Source: an uncultured delta proteobacterium (GTDB taxonomy: Bacteria; Desulfobacterota; Syntrophia; Syntrophales; Smithellaceae). Taken from it: 64,000 bases of DNA. Below are positions 62,639 through 64,000 of the stretch, piece after piece. Under the pieces are notes generated by a model. It did no database searches and had not been told where the DNA came from. It saw only the letters and a program-made list of their open reading frames with translations. Where the stretch lies: NCBI GenBank assembly GCA_963730275.1, contig CAVSRI010000002.1, positions 25,704-89,703 on the forward strand, in the 5' to 3' direction. The translations under genes and the position numbers were made by a program. The first letter of the stretch is position 1, and each line of letters starts with the position of its first letter.

Positions 62639-63665
62639 ATGAATAAACCTCTATTATACGAAAAATGTTTATCGACGGAAGAATCGCGGCTGAAGGCTTT
62701 ACAAAAAATCCTAAACTGGATTCAAGTGCCTTTTAAAAAAAATGATTCTATCGGCATCAAATTACACTGGGGGGAAATCGGCAATAAAAATTTCTTACCG
62801 CCGATATATGCAAAAACAATTGTTCAATGGTTGAAAAAAAATAATTTTGATCCCTTTGTTTTTGACAATACCGTTCTTTACTCCGGCGGAAGACGTGATG
62901 GAAGAAATCATTAAAAACCGCAGAAACGCATAACTATAGTCCGGATTATTTAGGTTGCCCCGTAAAAATAGGCGACGGCCTTGATGGTAAAAGCGTTATT
63001 GATTTACCCGCAGATTATAAAAATTTTGAGAAAGTTCAGGTGGGCAAAAGTAGTTCATCAGGCCGACGGCTTTATTATTTTCTCTCATTTCAAGGGTCAT
63101 ATGGAAACCGGATTTGGCGGGGCAATAAAAAATATTTCCATGGGTTTTGCCTCCCGCGCGCAGAAACAACGTATGCATGCCGACGCCAAACCAATGCCTC
63201 ATCGAGGCTAAATGTATTCAGTGCGGAGAATGTGTCGAAGTCTGTCCAACCGGAGCAGCAAAAATGGAAGGAGATGTATACCCTTCTTACGATCTGACGA
63301 AGTGTATCGGCTGCGCGCAGTGCATTGCCATGTGTCCGGAAACGGCGCTCCAGATAATTTGGGAAACCGATATTAAAATATTTCAGGAAAAGCTGGTGGA
63401 GACGGCTGCTGCGGTCTGGAGAATAATTCAAAATAAAACTGTTATTATCAATGCATTGCTTAATATTGTAGCCGAATGCGATTGTTTGCCGGGAAATCAT
63501 CGCTCCATTGCTGAGGATAAAGGTTTTATCGGAGCTTATCATCCGGTTACGGCCGATGCCGAATCAATTAAATTGATAGGCGCTGATTGTATTGATCGAA
63601 CGCACCGCAATATTCCCTGGGGAAGACAATTTGAATATGCCCGCCAAATCGGTTTTGGCGGCTGA
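62639..63665 (+). CDS. DUF362 family protein with 2x[4Fe-4S] ferredoxin domain, about 3 frameshifts
   Basis: IKLHWGEIGN, LYSGGR, SHFKGH...GGAIKN, CIQCGEC...CP, CIGCAQC...CP and CDC in successive frames. Confidence 0.85.
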
Positions 63666-64000
63666 TGCGTATGCATTTAGTACGAATTATTCTATTGCTG
63701 CCCGTATTTTTTCTTGGCCTTCTTGGATCAGCCCTGAGTGTTGATGAAGTTCGGCAATGGCCTTCCTACGATCTTCAAAGTAAAACAAAAGCCCCCATAT
63801 CAACAATAAAAATCATCAACATTTTTCCGCATGATCCTGACGCATTTACACAAGGCCTTGTCTATCACCAAGGATATTTATATGAATCTACGGGTCGCTA
63901 TGGGAAATCGTCTTTGAGAAAGGTGGATATTAAAACAGGAAAAATTATCAAGATAATTAAACTGGCGCCTGAATATTTTGGCGAAGGAATAACTATTTTC
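63665..64000 (+). CDS. Glutaminyl-peptide cyclotransferase (3' truncated by window)
   Basis: Manual translation: signal-like N-terminus, FPHDPDAFTQGL, LYESTGRYG, YFGEGITI. Confidence 0.9.
   Translation, partial: MRMHLVRIILLLPVFFLGLLGSALSVDEVRQWPSYDLQSKTKAPISTIKIINIFPHDPDAFTQGLVYHQGYLYESTGRYGKSSLRKVDIKTGKIIKIIKLAPEYFGEGITIF

Overview
64 kb of bacterial chromosome, most likely a Syntrophales/Smithella-like deltaproteobacterium (inferred from gene content and order, not from a database search). 1-3.9 kb is the right end of a P4-type integrase island (integrase C-terminus, OsmC, CDF transporter, attR-like site). 4-15 kb is accessory signalling and metabolism (diguanylate cyclases, CoA-transferase-GNAT fusion, ATP-grasp ligase, two-component/c-di-GMP operon between tRNA-Pro and tRNA-Leu). 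The rest is largely core: tig-clpP-clpX-lon, tRNA-Val/Asp, corC-lnt-prfB, mltD, panCD, a divergent metK with ahcY, lptFG, a lipid A/L-Ara4N (arn) cluster, HEPN-MNT, an LD-transpeptidase/VanX/symporter operon, secA-argJ and rpsB-tsf-pyrH-frr-uppS-cdsA-dxr-rseP-tsaB. The best candidate for an undescribed system is a dispersed non-coding element in three copies (about 21.3, 54.8 and 62.5 kb). It has fixed sequence anchors, three covarying hairpins, no terminal inverted repeats and a 7-bp flanking direct repeat (ATTNGNG). Two clusters of single-base frameshifts (42.9-45.8 kb, 62.1-63.2 kb) are probably assembly errors.
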